Shown here: positions 13,137-26,569 of the stretch, piece after piece | Layout of the letters: the number at the start of each line of letters is the position of its first letter | Numbering within the stretch: position 1 is the stretch's first letter | Assembly: GCF_000497125.1 (NCBI RefSeq) | Contig: NC_090597.1 | Coordinates: 1,685,797 to 1,749,796 of the forward strand | Direction: 5' to 3' | Length of the DNA: 64,000 bases | Source: Spironucleus salmonicida | Taxonomy: Eukaryota | Made by a program: the position numbers and the translations under genes | Notes under the pieces: generated by a model | Told to the model about the DNA's origin: nothing | What the model saw: only the letters and a program-made list of their open reading frames with translations | Database searches by the model: none

Positions 13137-15509
13137 TCATTCATTCTATAAAAAACCTGTATTCAGATCTACAGGTAACAACATTGCTTTACTTAATTCA
13201 TTGAACAGTTTTGCCGTTTTTGAGTAAACAAAAACCTCTAGTGGAAGATGATCCCGGACATTTTCAAAAATAATACATAACTCTTTATATGTAATAAAGT
13301 ATTCAAATTTAAGGAATGCTTAAAATAGCATTAAAGCCAAATAGACTCCTTCTTAATAATAGCAATTTGCATTTGTATTAAATTACTATTTTACAAGAGT
13401 ATTTAGCATTGAGTGATATTCAAAATGCCCTACTTAATTAATAAATAGCACGTTATTACTGTTGTTATCTGTTCTAACAGAGAATTGCACTAAATGAAAA
13501 TTCATTGCATCTTTTTCTGAATAGATAATTCCTGGTTAAAATATCATACTAAGAACTGATATGAGTTCTAATTTGGTTGTAGTAAAGTATTCTTACTACA
13601 GCTTTTCATCGTTAAAGAAATCGAATTTTAATTATTCAGAGTTAAGCAAAGTAACCAGTAATTTAATTAGCTAGAATAATATACTCTAAACTTCCACAAA
13701 CAAAAAATTGCTATCCTTAAATGCTAAATCAAATTTTGAAAATGAGTGTATGTATGATTATGGGGAAAGTAAAATCTATGCAATTTATGAAACCAGAGAA
13801 GAAAATAATATAAAAATTTATTCTTCTTATATACAATCAGTAAAATTTGGAAATCCTAAGAATATCTGTAGTATTTATAAAACAGAAGAAACTGAAGAAA
13901 AATGATCAAATACATATGCATATTCTTAGCTAAATGATTAATCCTACTATGTTTATAAGCATACCTTTATTATCTTTTCATCTGGTAAAATTGGATACTA
14001 TAACTTGTTTATTAAGCATAGAATAAGCTAGTCTATAGTAACTAATGAGTTAATCTTAGGAGACAAACAAAATTCTAAAAATATTTTCATGTTATTAAAA
14101 TGAGTTACTGATTCATGCATTTGTTTAAAAGAAAGATGAAGAATTTTTAAATATATTGGTTCATTTATTAATCCAGGAATTGAATAAACTGATTTAGATA
14201 ATTAACTAACCGGATTATCATCAAACACGATTACTCTCTCATAAGAATTAATGTCTAAACTACTCCTTTCCTTATACATAATATCTTAATTGTAAAATAG
14301 TGCATACAATGTTGTAAGAATCAGAAGTTAGGCTAACTATTATTACACTAACACAACTTCTTATTGACTTGCATGCTATTACATTTAAATTATTTAACAA
14401 AAATCAATAGATTCTGATTGAAAATTAATAAGGTTTACACATAGGTTAAAAATTATACTTTCTTGATTAACTCCATTTTGAATAATTTTAACACTTTGGA
14501 TAAATGAGTGTTGAACAAACTATGTGGCTACGTTAAATTATGGTTACCAAATTATAATTGACAGTTTTTTAATATCATGACTGCTTTTATTGGATATTTT
14601 GTTTTATAAATACTAGCGCCTTCGTCTCTCAGAAGACTCAAATTTCTGTTATATTAACGCTCTTAGTGATTCTTATTATTCCTCTCGTTTCTTTTTAAGA
14701 ATATCAACCTTATTTGATACAGTTTAAGCTTACATTTAAACTTATTAAATTTTAGTTTATTTAATTTATTCAGCTTTTTCTAATCTCTGATCGAGTTCTT
14801 TTTTATATCTATAGTCTATCTCAGGTCTGAGATATTAACGTTATCTCAATTATTTACAATTAACTTCATCATCATTGTTACTGGAGAGACTTGAAAGCTC
14901 ACAACTCTCATCGTAATCTAAAATACCATTTTTAGGAGAATCTAGAAGTCTGTCATTGAGAAATTATTAAAAAGGTGATTTTGGTGTAGAAAATAGTTTC
15001 TTATTAGATTTTGTTGGTGTCCTAGGCATACTAGGCTAAGATTTTGGAGATTCAGGTATAATATCATTCTGTAGCTATTTTTTAGGCAAACCAGGTGGGA
15101 AATTAAGAAAGGTTTCCTCTTAATTACTTCTTTACGTACAATTGCATTAATCATTTGAAATCCCACTGAAGTCACTTTAGTTTATAGAAAATATCATGGG
15201 TTGTTAAAAAGTTCCAGTCAGAGACTTGGAGGTGTTAAATTTGATTTCAAATGCATCAGATTATTTAGCCAATTGACCAAAAGAGTCAATTTCTTATTAT
15301 GAATATGATATTACTTAGTCAGACTAATATTTGATGATAAAATCCATTAAAATATTATATGTTGCTGTTTTTCCATCACTTATGTACTTCTATTATTAAA
15401 TTTCTTAACATTATGTATTTGAATAATATAATTTATTGATATCTTCAATTAACTGTATACATCTTGCCTGAATTGATTCAGAAAAAGAGCATAAAATTGA
15501 GTCATTCAT
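13137..15509 (-). CDS. Hypothetical protein with central coiled-coil, ~790 aa
   Basis: Long table-6 frame (MNDSILCSFSESIQARC...; ILKKKREEQQESLRALIQQKF); frame spot-checked. Confidence 0.55.
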
Positions 15510-15593
15510 TTCACTTATTTATTAGTATAATATTATATAAGTTATTTAATAAAATTAAAAATTAATTTAAATTCATTCACCACTCCTCGTGAA

Positions 15594-16745
15594 ATGGCCC
15601 ATCGTAACTATTCTAAGTGCAGAAAGGGTAATCTCGGTTTCCTCCCTAAGAAGAGATGTGGTAAGTCCCGTGGCTCCATCCGTTCCTTCCCTACTGATGA
15701 CTCCAAGGTTGCTCCCCATTTAACCGCTTTTGCCGGTTATAAGGCTGGTTCTACTCATGTACTCCGTCTCATCGAACACCGTGGTTCATGCCTCCATAAC
15801 AAGCAGATTGTTGACTAAGCCACTGTTATTGATACTCCTCCCATGATTGGTTGTGGTATTGTTGGTTATGTACGTACTGCCTCTGGTATCCGCCCTCTTA
15901 CTACCGTTTACGCTACCCATCTCGCTGCATCCATGAAGCGCAGAATATGCGCCCGCGGTGGTAAACGTGAAAACGGTGCTTTCAGCCAGTATGCTACTAA
16001 GGCTACACAGAACGATTTCATGGCTACCCAGCTTAAGCGCATGAAAGAAGAATGTTGTATCATTAGAATTCTTGCTCACACTCAGCCTGATCTCACTCCT
16101 ATTATTTCTCGCAGAGCCGTAGTTATGGAAATCTAAGTCAACGGTGGTGATATCGCCAAGAAAGTAGATTTTGCTGCTTCCCTCCTCGAAAAGGAAATAC
16201 CAGTTGCTTCAATCTTCGCCAAATAGGACTAAATTGATACTATCTCCATCACTAAGGGCCGTGGTTTCGAGGGTGTTATCACTCGTTGGGGTGTTACTAG
16301 ACTTCCTAGAAAGACCAGAAGAGGTAACCGTAAGGTAGCCTGTATTGGTTCATGGCATCCAGCTAACGTCCAGTGGACTGTAGCTCGTGCTGGTCAGATG
16401 GGTTACTTCCACAGAACTGAGACTAACAAGCAGATATTCCTCGTTGACTCTGCTACTAATGCTAAGTGCCTTCGTACTGAATTCGACACAACTGATAAAT
16501 GCATCAACCCTATGGGTGGATGGGTCAACTATGGTTTAATTAAGGGTGACTTTGTTATGATCCGTGGCTCATGTCCTGGTGCCAAGAAGAGAGCCGTTCT
16601 TCTTAGAAAAGCCCTTCTCCCCAGAAGAAATACCATGTCTGTCAATATTTAGTGGTATTGTACTGCTTCTAAGTTTGGTCACGGTATTTTCGAAACTGCC
16701 GCCGAAAAGACTGCTTTCTATGCTAAGAAGGTCGAAACCAAGTGA
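15594..16745 (+). CDS. RPL3: 60S ribosomal protein L3 (uL3), 383 aa
   Basis: MAHRNYSKCRKGNLGFLPKKR, GYKAGSTH, EIQVNGG, ACIGSWHPA, SKFGHG; five in-frame TAA/TAG read as Gln. Confidence 0.98.
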
Positions 16746-17127
16746 TACTAATTGTGATCATATATTTGTTCAATAATTTTTATTAAGATTATCAATCAAA
16801 TTTACCTTTTTAGTAACTTTCTAAATATAATAATAATATTTCTTTCAATTAGTTATTACATGTTTTACTAGAAAATCACAAACCATTTTGATTATAAATT
16901 ATATCAATTTAGATTCAAAACTAAATTTATCTTAAATCTCGATAAACTAAATAACTACTTTATTTTTAAATATATGTAATTCTTTTACTTATTCATTCAT
17001 ATATGCGAAATAACTCATCAGTCTTTATAACAAACCTTCATAACAAAGAAAATTTTTGCATAATTTTTTAATTATAATTCATTTATATATTTGAGAATAG
17101 ATTTATTTACAATAATCTAATTTAAAA

Positions 17128-18837
17128 ATGAAATAAAAGTAAAAAGCACCTAAATCACGCCGTTTAGAGATGATGGAATCTGTGTAAAAAATGTAGGTAA
17201 AACACTACAAACGAGCAAATATCTCTAGCAGAATGTCTAACTAATCACGAATGTCACACTAAACAAATTTTACTTCTAAGACATAGGTTACACTACGCAC
17301 AAATCACGTTCCTGTATTTGCCAATGAACGTTAAATCTCAAAATAAATCCCGAAAAATGAAGAATCAGTCGAAAGCTCCGGGTTTGAGATTTTATGTTGT
17401 TTTATTGCTGGGACTCTAGCATCATTTTCCGGACTTTATATTGGGGATTCAATCGCAGCATAATAAACGTATATTCAGCCTCTTATGGGTGTCGATGACT
17501 CTTAAATCGGCTTTTTGGCCTCTTGCATTTTTCTTGGTAGTCTTTTCATGCCACTCGTCTGCGCGCCGTTTATTGACAAATATGGTCCAATTAAATGTGG
17601 TATTTTCATGAATATTTACAATGTGATTTTATGCATCCCAATGCCATTTTTCTATCGAAATTATAACGCCTTGTTGGGGATTAGACTAATTGCTGGCGCA
17701 TTTCCTGAGGCTACCTTTTCAGTCTAATCAGCTATGGTTGTTAAATATCTTCCAAAACGGCTTGAAAGTTTAGGATTTGGTATTTGTATGTCTGTTGCAA
17801 CTAGTGCAAATTTAATCAGCTTTTTTATTATTCCTGCTTTAATGGACGAACTAATGTATGATAGTACTCAAGCAGATGATGCAGTAACAAATGTATAGTT
17901 TATTAGTGTTCTAAAAACCACATATTGGATGAATGTTTATGTATCATTGGCTAGTTTGATGGTTTTTATCTTGACGTGTATTCCATTATTAAAGATTGAT
18001 AAGAAAATTGAAATGAAAAAATTAGAAGAATTAAAATAGAACTAATCAGAAAATAAGGATGATTCAATGAATTTTGATGATTTTGAGGATAATGAAGTAA
18101 ATTAAATTCTAACTGCACATATTGAGGAATAATTAATTAATAATTAATCAAAGAAACATATATAAGATGTAATGTCATAACTATAACCTCTTAAATAAAG
18201 GATCCCTAATAATTTTAGCATTATGTATTTTGCTAAGAAAGTTTTTTTCTTACCGTTAGATTATTGGCTAATTTGCTCTGCATTTTGCTTATTACTTTCA
18301 TGTTGTTATGGTGCATAAACTTTAATTATAACTTATTTGAATAATCATATTTCTTATGCCGATACAGCTGGTATTGTTCGTTCTGTAGCTTCTATTTTGG
18401 GTGGGCCTATTTGTGGTGCATTTGTTAGCTGGATTGGATAAAGACCTCTTTTAAATATAATATTTTTTGCTCTTGCAATTGTTAGTTTTGCTCTTCTTTT
18501 TCTTAGCTAGTCGTTACCATCATATATTCCAGCGTTCTTCATTGGGTTCTTCGATGGGTCCTCTGCTACAGTGGGAAAATCATTATTTTCGTACGTTGTA
18601 GAGCCAAGTTAGTTGAATAATGCATATGCCTTTGGTGGGATTATGCTAAATATAGGATAATTTGCTTTTCCGCCTGTAGCAGGTGCACTCAGTCTTATTA
18701 ATGTTCCGGATGAAAGTGCAGGTATTATCTGGTTTTATATAATTATGTTAATAGTTGGTATGGGGATTAGCATTGTTGTTTTTATTAGAGATAAACGATA
18801 CTTTAATGGAGTGCTTAGCAAAGTACCAGAAATATGA
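17128..18837 (+). CDS. Major facilitator superfamily transporter, ~569 aa
   Basis: About 12 hydrophobic segments, FIDKYGP loop, RLIAG, second-half VSWIGQRP, central hydrophilic loop. Confidence 0.85.
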
Positions 18838-18850
18838 AATAGTGAAAATA

Positions 18851-21800
18851 TCACTTTTGTTTACCGATAATGTGTAGGAATACGGATTCCATTGATATTT
18901 TTTCTAAATACCAGTTTCCATAAGTAATTTAATTCGATTCAAGATATTATAAGACATCATGAAGAGTTTTTTAGCTATCAAAATATTTAATCGCTTAGTT
19001 TTTCATTTTTGTTGCCTCCTAATCCTCGATTTCCTAAAATATACTTAACACATAACCAGAATCTGCCTCTTTGAGTGTATTCTAAAGGGAATCAGAATTA
19101 ATAATTTTCCCACCTTGCATTATACATATTTAGTTGCCTAATGCTTCAATTTCAAGCATATCATGAGTGATAATAATACAACTGCAATCTTAATTCAAAA
19201 TCGCTTACCAAACTTGTTTTTTCATAGAAAAATCAAGTCCCACCGTAACTTCATCTAAAATCAATAGCTTTGGATTTGTAATCATAACACAAGCGATTGT
19301 TAAAATTCTACTAGTTCCAGCTGATAAAGAACCAGAAATTACATTCTGATATTACAAAAGACCACAAGACTTCATTAATTGTTTAACATCGCGGCCTGAG
19401 AATACTGAATATATTTAAAGATTCTAATAAACTGTAAGTTGTGGGTCAAAAGCATCATCCTATGGAACTATGCCTAGTTTTGATGATATTTATATATTTC
19501 CTGTAAATTGTACTTAATACCCTGTCAAACATTTTGTAAATGTTGACTTACCACAACCATTAGCTCCAACTAAACAGGTGGTTTATGATCTTCCAATCTA
19601 TAAATTAAAATCAGTGAGAATTTAAGCTTTCTTGTTATAATATGCATTAATATTGTTTGCTGTTAATACTAGATTCTCATCATTTACTTTTTTAACCTTC
19701 AGTGAATTTTTAATAGTGGTAAGATACTTAATTATCAACAATAGGAAAAATTGACCAAAAGAAACTAATATCCCAAAAAATAAATAATAACTCGGATATG
19801 ACTACTCCAACGCATTCATTCTTGCAGCGACTATATAGTAAAATCCAGGTACAAAAAGTGATATTAATAATGATATCAACAGAGTAGGCTACATGATTGG
19901 ATTTACTAATACAACTATTACCGTACAAATACCTACATATAAACATGAAATAGAGTAATTAGATAGTAGCAACTCAATGAAATATAGAAAGCTGATTGTA
20001 GAAATTGAATAGAGTAATGGGAAATACCAAAGAATTAATACTGTATATGCTTACGCTGGTTAAACCATCCACATGACTAAAAATAAAATATAGATTTTTA
20101 TGGAATATACCAGAATTTCAATAACTAGTTTAGAAAGTATGAAAACGAAAATAGAAATGGAAATACCATTAATAAATGCCAATTTAAATTAATCTAATAC
20201 TTTATGAATCTATTATAATGCTATAATTGATAGTAAGCATTATATCCAAGGTGCAAAATACATAAATGTAAAATAAGCATTGGAGTTTTATGTGGCATAG
20301 TCAGGTCTTTAAACTGTATTTTCTACAAATTTTGGCATTGAATTCCAATTTCCTTATATAAATACATCATTATAAAGTTTAACTTCATCATTTATTGAAT
20401 CTTTGAGGCTTTATCGTACTAATGCTTCATAAGTTTTTGTAATTATATCGTTATTATATTACACAGAATAAACTGGATCCATATCTATAAACCATGGTCC
20501 ATCAAATATCGGAGAGTTATGTCTAAAATATTACATTTATGGCATTTACTTATCTTTGAAGATTTATTTAGTATTGACATAGAATTTTTCAACAGAAAAA
20601 CCAGGTTAAGGTAAGATAATTTATTTTTTATAAGGATCAACGATACCTAAGACAGCTTTAGCTTCATATATGATTTATTACTATTAACTTAGCGTATTCA
20701 GAGTAATATTATGCATATTATTATTTTACAAATCTACAAATGAGTTAACTGCAACCATAGAATCATTTAATAATATAATATCAGATTTATACAAAAGTTT
20801 ATCAGCAGTTGTATTAATAAGTCGTTAAGAAAAGAAATTTTCAATATTGTTCGTATCTGAAAGCTTGAGATTGGTAATATCAGATTATATTTTAGAATAT
20901 TCGAATTTATTTTATAATATCTTATACTATCCAGTCTTTGAGATTTACTTTATCTGTTATGGAATTTGTTATTAAACTGACAACTAACTATCTTTATTTA
21001 TAATAATAAAATGATAATTAGTACCATAATCCGATAGAAAATAACTATTTTATCCAAAACTGAAAGAATAATCTTATAAGTTATCAAATTAGATAATATC
21101 CAAATAACGTTACGGAGATGAAAAATACCCTACTTATGGAGGCTATAATGCTTGATAATTCATGAATGAAGATCTTTAATTAGTTAAACACTCGAAAACT
21201 TTTTATTCAACATCTGTATCTTATAATTAACATACACTTTTGAATATTTGAAAACTTTGACTTCTAGCTAATCCAGCATATTATTCACTAAAATCTACTT
21301 AAGTCTATCTAACACTTTTCATAATAAATAACTATAATATCGAGAAGAACAATATAACACCAGAACTTATTAAGAAAATTGCAAATTTACTGGCTTTTCC
21401 CTCATAAAACTTTGTTAGTATTGCACTGTAAATATAAGAAAATGTTTTTAAAAGTTTAGTCTCATTTACTATTATGACATTATCCTTGGAATTAGCAGTT
21501 TCATCAATATTCACTTTATCTTAGTAAGAATTATAAAGAACTTCATTAATGGGGTATGAAACAATACTATACTATTCATTTGGAAATTAATCAAATAATC
21601 CAATAATTTTTGTAAATTATTCGTTACTTTATATATCGATGAAAAGTTCTGATTGCTTTCCATTCCAGTTTAGAAAGTAGATAATATGGTTATCATCTAA
21701 TATTTAAATAAAATCTTAGGGATGATAATTAATAATGAGTTTCATACCAGGAGCATCTTGCACAAATTAGTGCAGTAAACCTTACTTTAGTACTGTTCCA

Positions 21801-23962
21801 TTCTCCAAAAAGGCTACATAATCTGCAATATTATTTATATCGTTACTATCATGACTGGTTAAAATAATAGATATTTTGTGTGTTTCATAATATTTATGTA
21901 TTGTATCCCAAATATTTCTTTTCAACAAAGGATCTACGTTAGCTGTCATTTCATCAAGCATTAAAATTTCTGGGCTCTACATAAGTGAACATAATAATGC
22001 AAATCTTCGTTACATACCACCTGATAACTGATAAAATGTTTTATGAAGAGCTTAATTTAAATTTAATAGTTCTAAAAATTCATCTATTGATTGTTACTCA
22101 ATATTATTTAATCGCTAAAATATTATAATATTCTCTTAGATTGATAAAAGAGAAAACATATTAATCTTATCCTGCGGACAAATAGCTATCTTACTCAACA
22201 TCTTAAGTCGAATATATGGATTATTCATATCGTTTCCAAATAAGTTATATTATGTGCCTATATTTTTATCGAAATCCTAGAAACCTGCTAAAATATTTAA
22301 TAAAGTTGTTTTTCCTGCTCCAGTTGCTCCTATTACGCCATATATGGAGTCTTATTATATTTTAAGATGAAGATTTGACAAAGCATGCTTCTTTTTATAT
22401 CTTTTACTAATTCCTTCAATTTATAAAACTATAGATTTGTCTTTAATAATAGAATAAGACTACCAAAACTCCTTTTTGAACAAAAAATTCCACGGTAAAC
22501 CAAAAGATTTTGACTCCTTCTTAATGTAGCTTACATATACTGATAGTAAGGTATAAATTATACCTTACAATGTTAATAAGACTAAATAGAATCCAATAGG
22601 GGGAAGCTTAAATAATTTTCCAGTAAAAATTTCAGGAAACTCTTTTTAAGTACGGTCCTTAGAGAATATCTAATTGAAAGTAAATTTTGGACCTTCATAT
22701 TTTCTTTGGGAATCAAGGTCATCATTGCTAAGCATAAGTAATAAAAATTCAGTAAATGATTAATTGGATAGAACAGGGCATAAAAATACAAAAACATAAG
22801 TTACAGTTTGAGGAATAAAAGAATTATCAAACAAACTTTTAGGGGCAGTCCCAAATATACTCAACAGAACTGGAAAAATCGAAAATGATAGGCAAATAGC
22901 CGTAGTAATTATAGTAAACTATTACTATCTCTCAAATATAACTACAATAAAAGTGATAAAAGCTGATATAGCAAAGCTTGAAGCAATAAAAACAGTTGCT
23001 AGTAGATCAATTCTGTATGCGGAATATGGAAGAGTATCAGTTAATTTACTGAATCCAACCTGAAACAAAAATGCTAGCTCCATAATTACAAAACCAATAA
23101 AAACAATCGATATCCAAAATCTGAAATCATTGACACCAACTCTTTTAACTAACCAACAATATCTAAATCGATGTAAAATAACTCCTAATAATACAAAAGA
23201 AAATGATTACGAACCAAACAGTGCAAAGAAAGTTATCTACCAATTTTTTTACTTAAAAACACTAGAGCTAGGAAGTATAGTGATTTCAAATTTATCAACA
23301 CCTGGTGCTAATTTTTAAGCGAAAAACGAGTCTAATTTATGTTGTAAAAAGGTACCAAAAGTGCTGAAATATAATGCTCCATCAAAATCAGTTAAATCAA
23401 TTGCTGGAGACTATGGTGCGGTTCTATGTGCATTTGTAATAACATTGTCGTTGATAGAAACGTTATATATAACTGATTACTATTTAAGATCTATATTTAT
23501 TTGATATAGAGGCAAAACTTTGTTTGTATCCGTATTGTAGTTAAAAAATGTTATGTATTATGATTCATATGTTGAAACAAAGGACTAAACATCAAAATTT
23601 GGAATATCTTATTTAAGAGATTCTGCGAGTTTTTGAAATGACCCTTTCTGATAAACCATAAGATCTGGTTTGGCTTCGTTGACACATGAAACATCAAACG
23701 ATTCTTATAAATAGATGCATAGTTATTTATTTACGTCATTAACCGGTGATATAGATAAAATCTTACCAGAGAATGTATCGAACAATTGAGGTCTTTGGTA
23801 TTTGAATGGCTTAGTAGATGTAATGAAAGATGGATCATTCAGGAAACTCAACGCGTAAGTTAACATTGCTATTAATGCACCTGGTACTAATAATATAAAT
23901 CCAATATGAATAAGTGAACGCTTAAGTGTAAAAAGATAAAAAAATGTTAGAGCATGAACCAT
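18851..23962 (-). CDS. ABC transporter subfamily A, full-size, ~1703 aa
   Basis: NBD1 GATGAGKT / LSGGM / LMLDE; NBD2 GANGCGKS / LSAGT / LILDE; two TMDs with large extracellular domains. Confidence 0.92.
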
Positions 23963-24320
23963 TTACTATGATTTAATAAAATATTATATTATATTATATA
24001 TCCATATAAATATACTCCAGATCTGTATAAAGAAACTAAATAGATTTTTGATTTTATTTTTAAGATTGCTTTGATAAATATAGAATATTGAATAGCAAAT
24101 TTTATTTTTATAAATTTATTAGACATCGTATTTATAAGGATAAAATGGTATCTATAATTTGTTATTATAATAGTTAAAAATCCTAACATATATATTATGA
24201 TTATTGTTATGCGTCACTTTATCAGATAATTTATATAATTATTATATCATATAAAGATTCATATGTTATTTTAGCTTTGAAAGAATCCTATATTATATGT
24301 AAATTAAATATATTACTAAA

Positions 24321-24764
24321 ATGAGTCTTGAAATATTCAATTTTAATTTTTCATAATTTGAATAAAGACTACAGGAATTAATTGTACAATATTTCAAAAA
24401 TAATTTGAGGTAAATCTTTTAAAATTAATCGATTATTTCAATATAAGGAATAACTTGCGATTATTCTTTTAATTTTCCTTAAAAAATATGCGTCGATATA
24501 AGTTAGCCAGGATTCGCATAATCTAGTTCTCTCATTGACAATGTTAACATAAAAATAGAAATATAGTTTTGCTTAAATTTAACAAGATTTTGTAATAAAA
24601 TTAAGTTTGGAAATTCAAATAAGTTAAGTATTAATGATTTATCAATGAACATAAAATTTTAACCCTATGAGGATCGATTTCAGTTATTTTTAGAACCTAT
24701 CTCATCGAACAAAATAATATAGATAATTTCTAGTTATTTAAAAGAAATTCCTTTTCTATTGTGA
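24321..24764 (+). CDS. Hypothetical protein, ~147 aa
   Basis: Open frame MSLEIFNFNFSQFEQRLQE...KEIPFLL TGA. Confidence 0.5.
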
Positions 24765-24809
24765 TTTATATATATAAGTGAATATTTTTTGTTCACTTCA
24801 TTTTAAAAT

Positions 24810-25082
24810 ATGGCGGATAAAGGTAAAGAAGTCATTAAAAATGCAGATATGCCAGAGGATTTACAAACAGAAGTAATTGAATTGACATATCAAGCATTAG
24901 AGCGCTTTACTGTTGAAAAAGATATGTGTGCCCATATAAAAAAAGAATTAGATAAAAAACATAATTCGCCATGGCATGTATGCATAGGCAAAAACTTCGG
25001 CACATATGTCACACACGAGACGAAAAAATTTATATATTTTAACATTGGAGAACTTGCATTCTTAATTTATAAAAGCGGTTGA
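24810..25082 (+). CDS. DYNLL1: Dynein light chain LC8
   Basis: VIKNADM...[36 protein letters not shown]. Confidence 0.98.
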   Translation: MADKGKEVIKNADMPEDLQTEVIELTYQALERFTVEKDMCAHIKKELDKKHNSPWHVCIGKNFGTYVTHETKKFIYFNIGELAFLIYKSG

Positions 25083-25147
25083 TATGATTAATTTCCCTTT
25101 ATTTTAATTATAATATTCTAATATATCTATTGTATTTCAGAATTTTA

Positions 25148-26500
25148 ATGGAGTTTAACATCCTTCTAAAAACGGACTCAAATTCAAAGTCACTACGCAT
25201 TATGATGACCATATCACACACAGATGTTATAGACAAGCTAAATGTCCAACTACACTGTCAATAGGACCCGTTTTTCCTGTTCAATTGCGACATTACCGCG
25301 TCGACGCTCACCGAAAAAATCCTGCAACAAACCGATTCCCAGATATTACTGTCGTCGCTGAGGCCTATGCTATTCGATTCGATCATCCCGAATCTGTCGG
25401 AAAACGTGTTTTCGACAGCTGGGGATGTGGCGACGTTTTACCAGCAGCAGCTCCAATTTGCTTCCATTCGGGGCGCGATGCGCATTCCATTTTTCACCAT
25501 CAAATTCGACAAACCGAACGATCGGGCACTGGCGGAACATGTTTTTCAGATGAATTCGGCACGCATTTCGCAGCAGCAAAACGAGATTTCGAAGCTGCAG
25601 GAAGCGGTCAAATCAGCGGAATTGCAGATTAAAAACGCACAAAATTCTCAAAAAACTGCGGAAACGCAAGCTTCAAACTACGCAAAAGAGTTAAGCCAGA
25701 TGCGTCTCGATATGCAGTCTAAAGAGTAGGATATTGGTAAGGGGAACTAGGAGCTAAATTTTGAAAACAAGGCTTTGAAAACAAAAATAGGAAACTTAGA
25801 AAGTGAAAATGAGCAGTATAAGAGAATGTATGAGAGTATAAATTCGGAATATGCAAAGATTTAGTCTTAGATGAAGGATATGTAGCTACGCATTAATAAT
25901 GAATTTAGCTCTGAATAAAGTAGGCTATTGTAAGAAGTGCAGCAGCTAAAAATTAAAAATAGTGATTTGGAAAATAAGTGTGCAGGACATAAAGATCAGG
26001 TCAGATCGTTAGAAGAATAAATTACGAAGTCTGCCAGTCATAGTAATAACTAATATCAATATTAAGCTAACTAGTAAAAAGAGAAATAGCATGAAAATTT
26101 TGTGTAGTTTACTGGTTCTTAATATTAAGGTAATACTTAAAGTGTTTAAAATAATGTATTTGTTCCACACTAACAGCAATATGTATCAAATATAAGTATA
26201 AAACCTTAAGAATAGAATGCGTAACAATACAATCCATTTGGTGTAAGGCCATAAACGCCAATTTAAAATAATTAAAATTCAGATATTTATACTAGCAGGC
26301 TTGGTAGTTCCAGGATCAATGTAGATTCAATTTTATAAAAATATTAGTAAAGTTTTGGATAATAAAGGCCCTAAACGCCTGTTTTTTAGTAACCTATTCC
26401 ATATACTCCTTTGGAGTATAAGCCGTATGTTAGCCCCCCTAAATAGGTTAGCATGTCATCAAGCACAATGTCATTGATGCAAAAATATCTTCAAAAATGA
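25148..26500 (+). CDS. SAS6: SAS-6-like centriole/basal-body cartwheel protein, ~450 aa
   Basis: Globular head with QQDPFFLF, long coiled coil, low-complexity tail. Confidence 0.7.
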
Positions 26501-26569
26501 AATTTTTCTTATTTATATTTTATTTTACTTTTAATCTTAGATATTTTCAAATAAGCCACTCCAAAAATA

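Noticed and set aside
13200-14600. Plus-strand frame with many in-frame TGA that looked like TGA=Trp
   Set aside because: It is the shadow of an open minus-strand gene; the TGAs arise from CAA/CAT codons on the other strand. The same applies at 5340-6020. Real genes use TGG for Trp.
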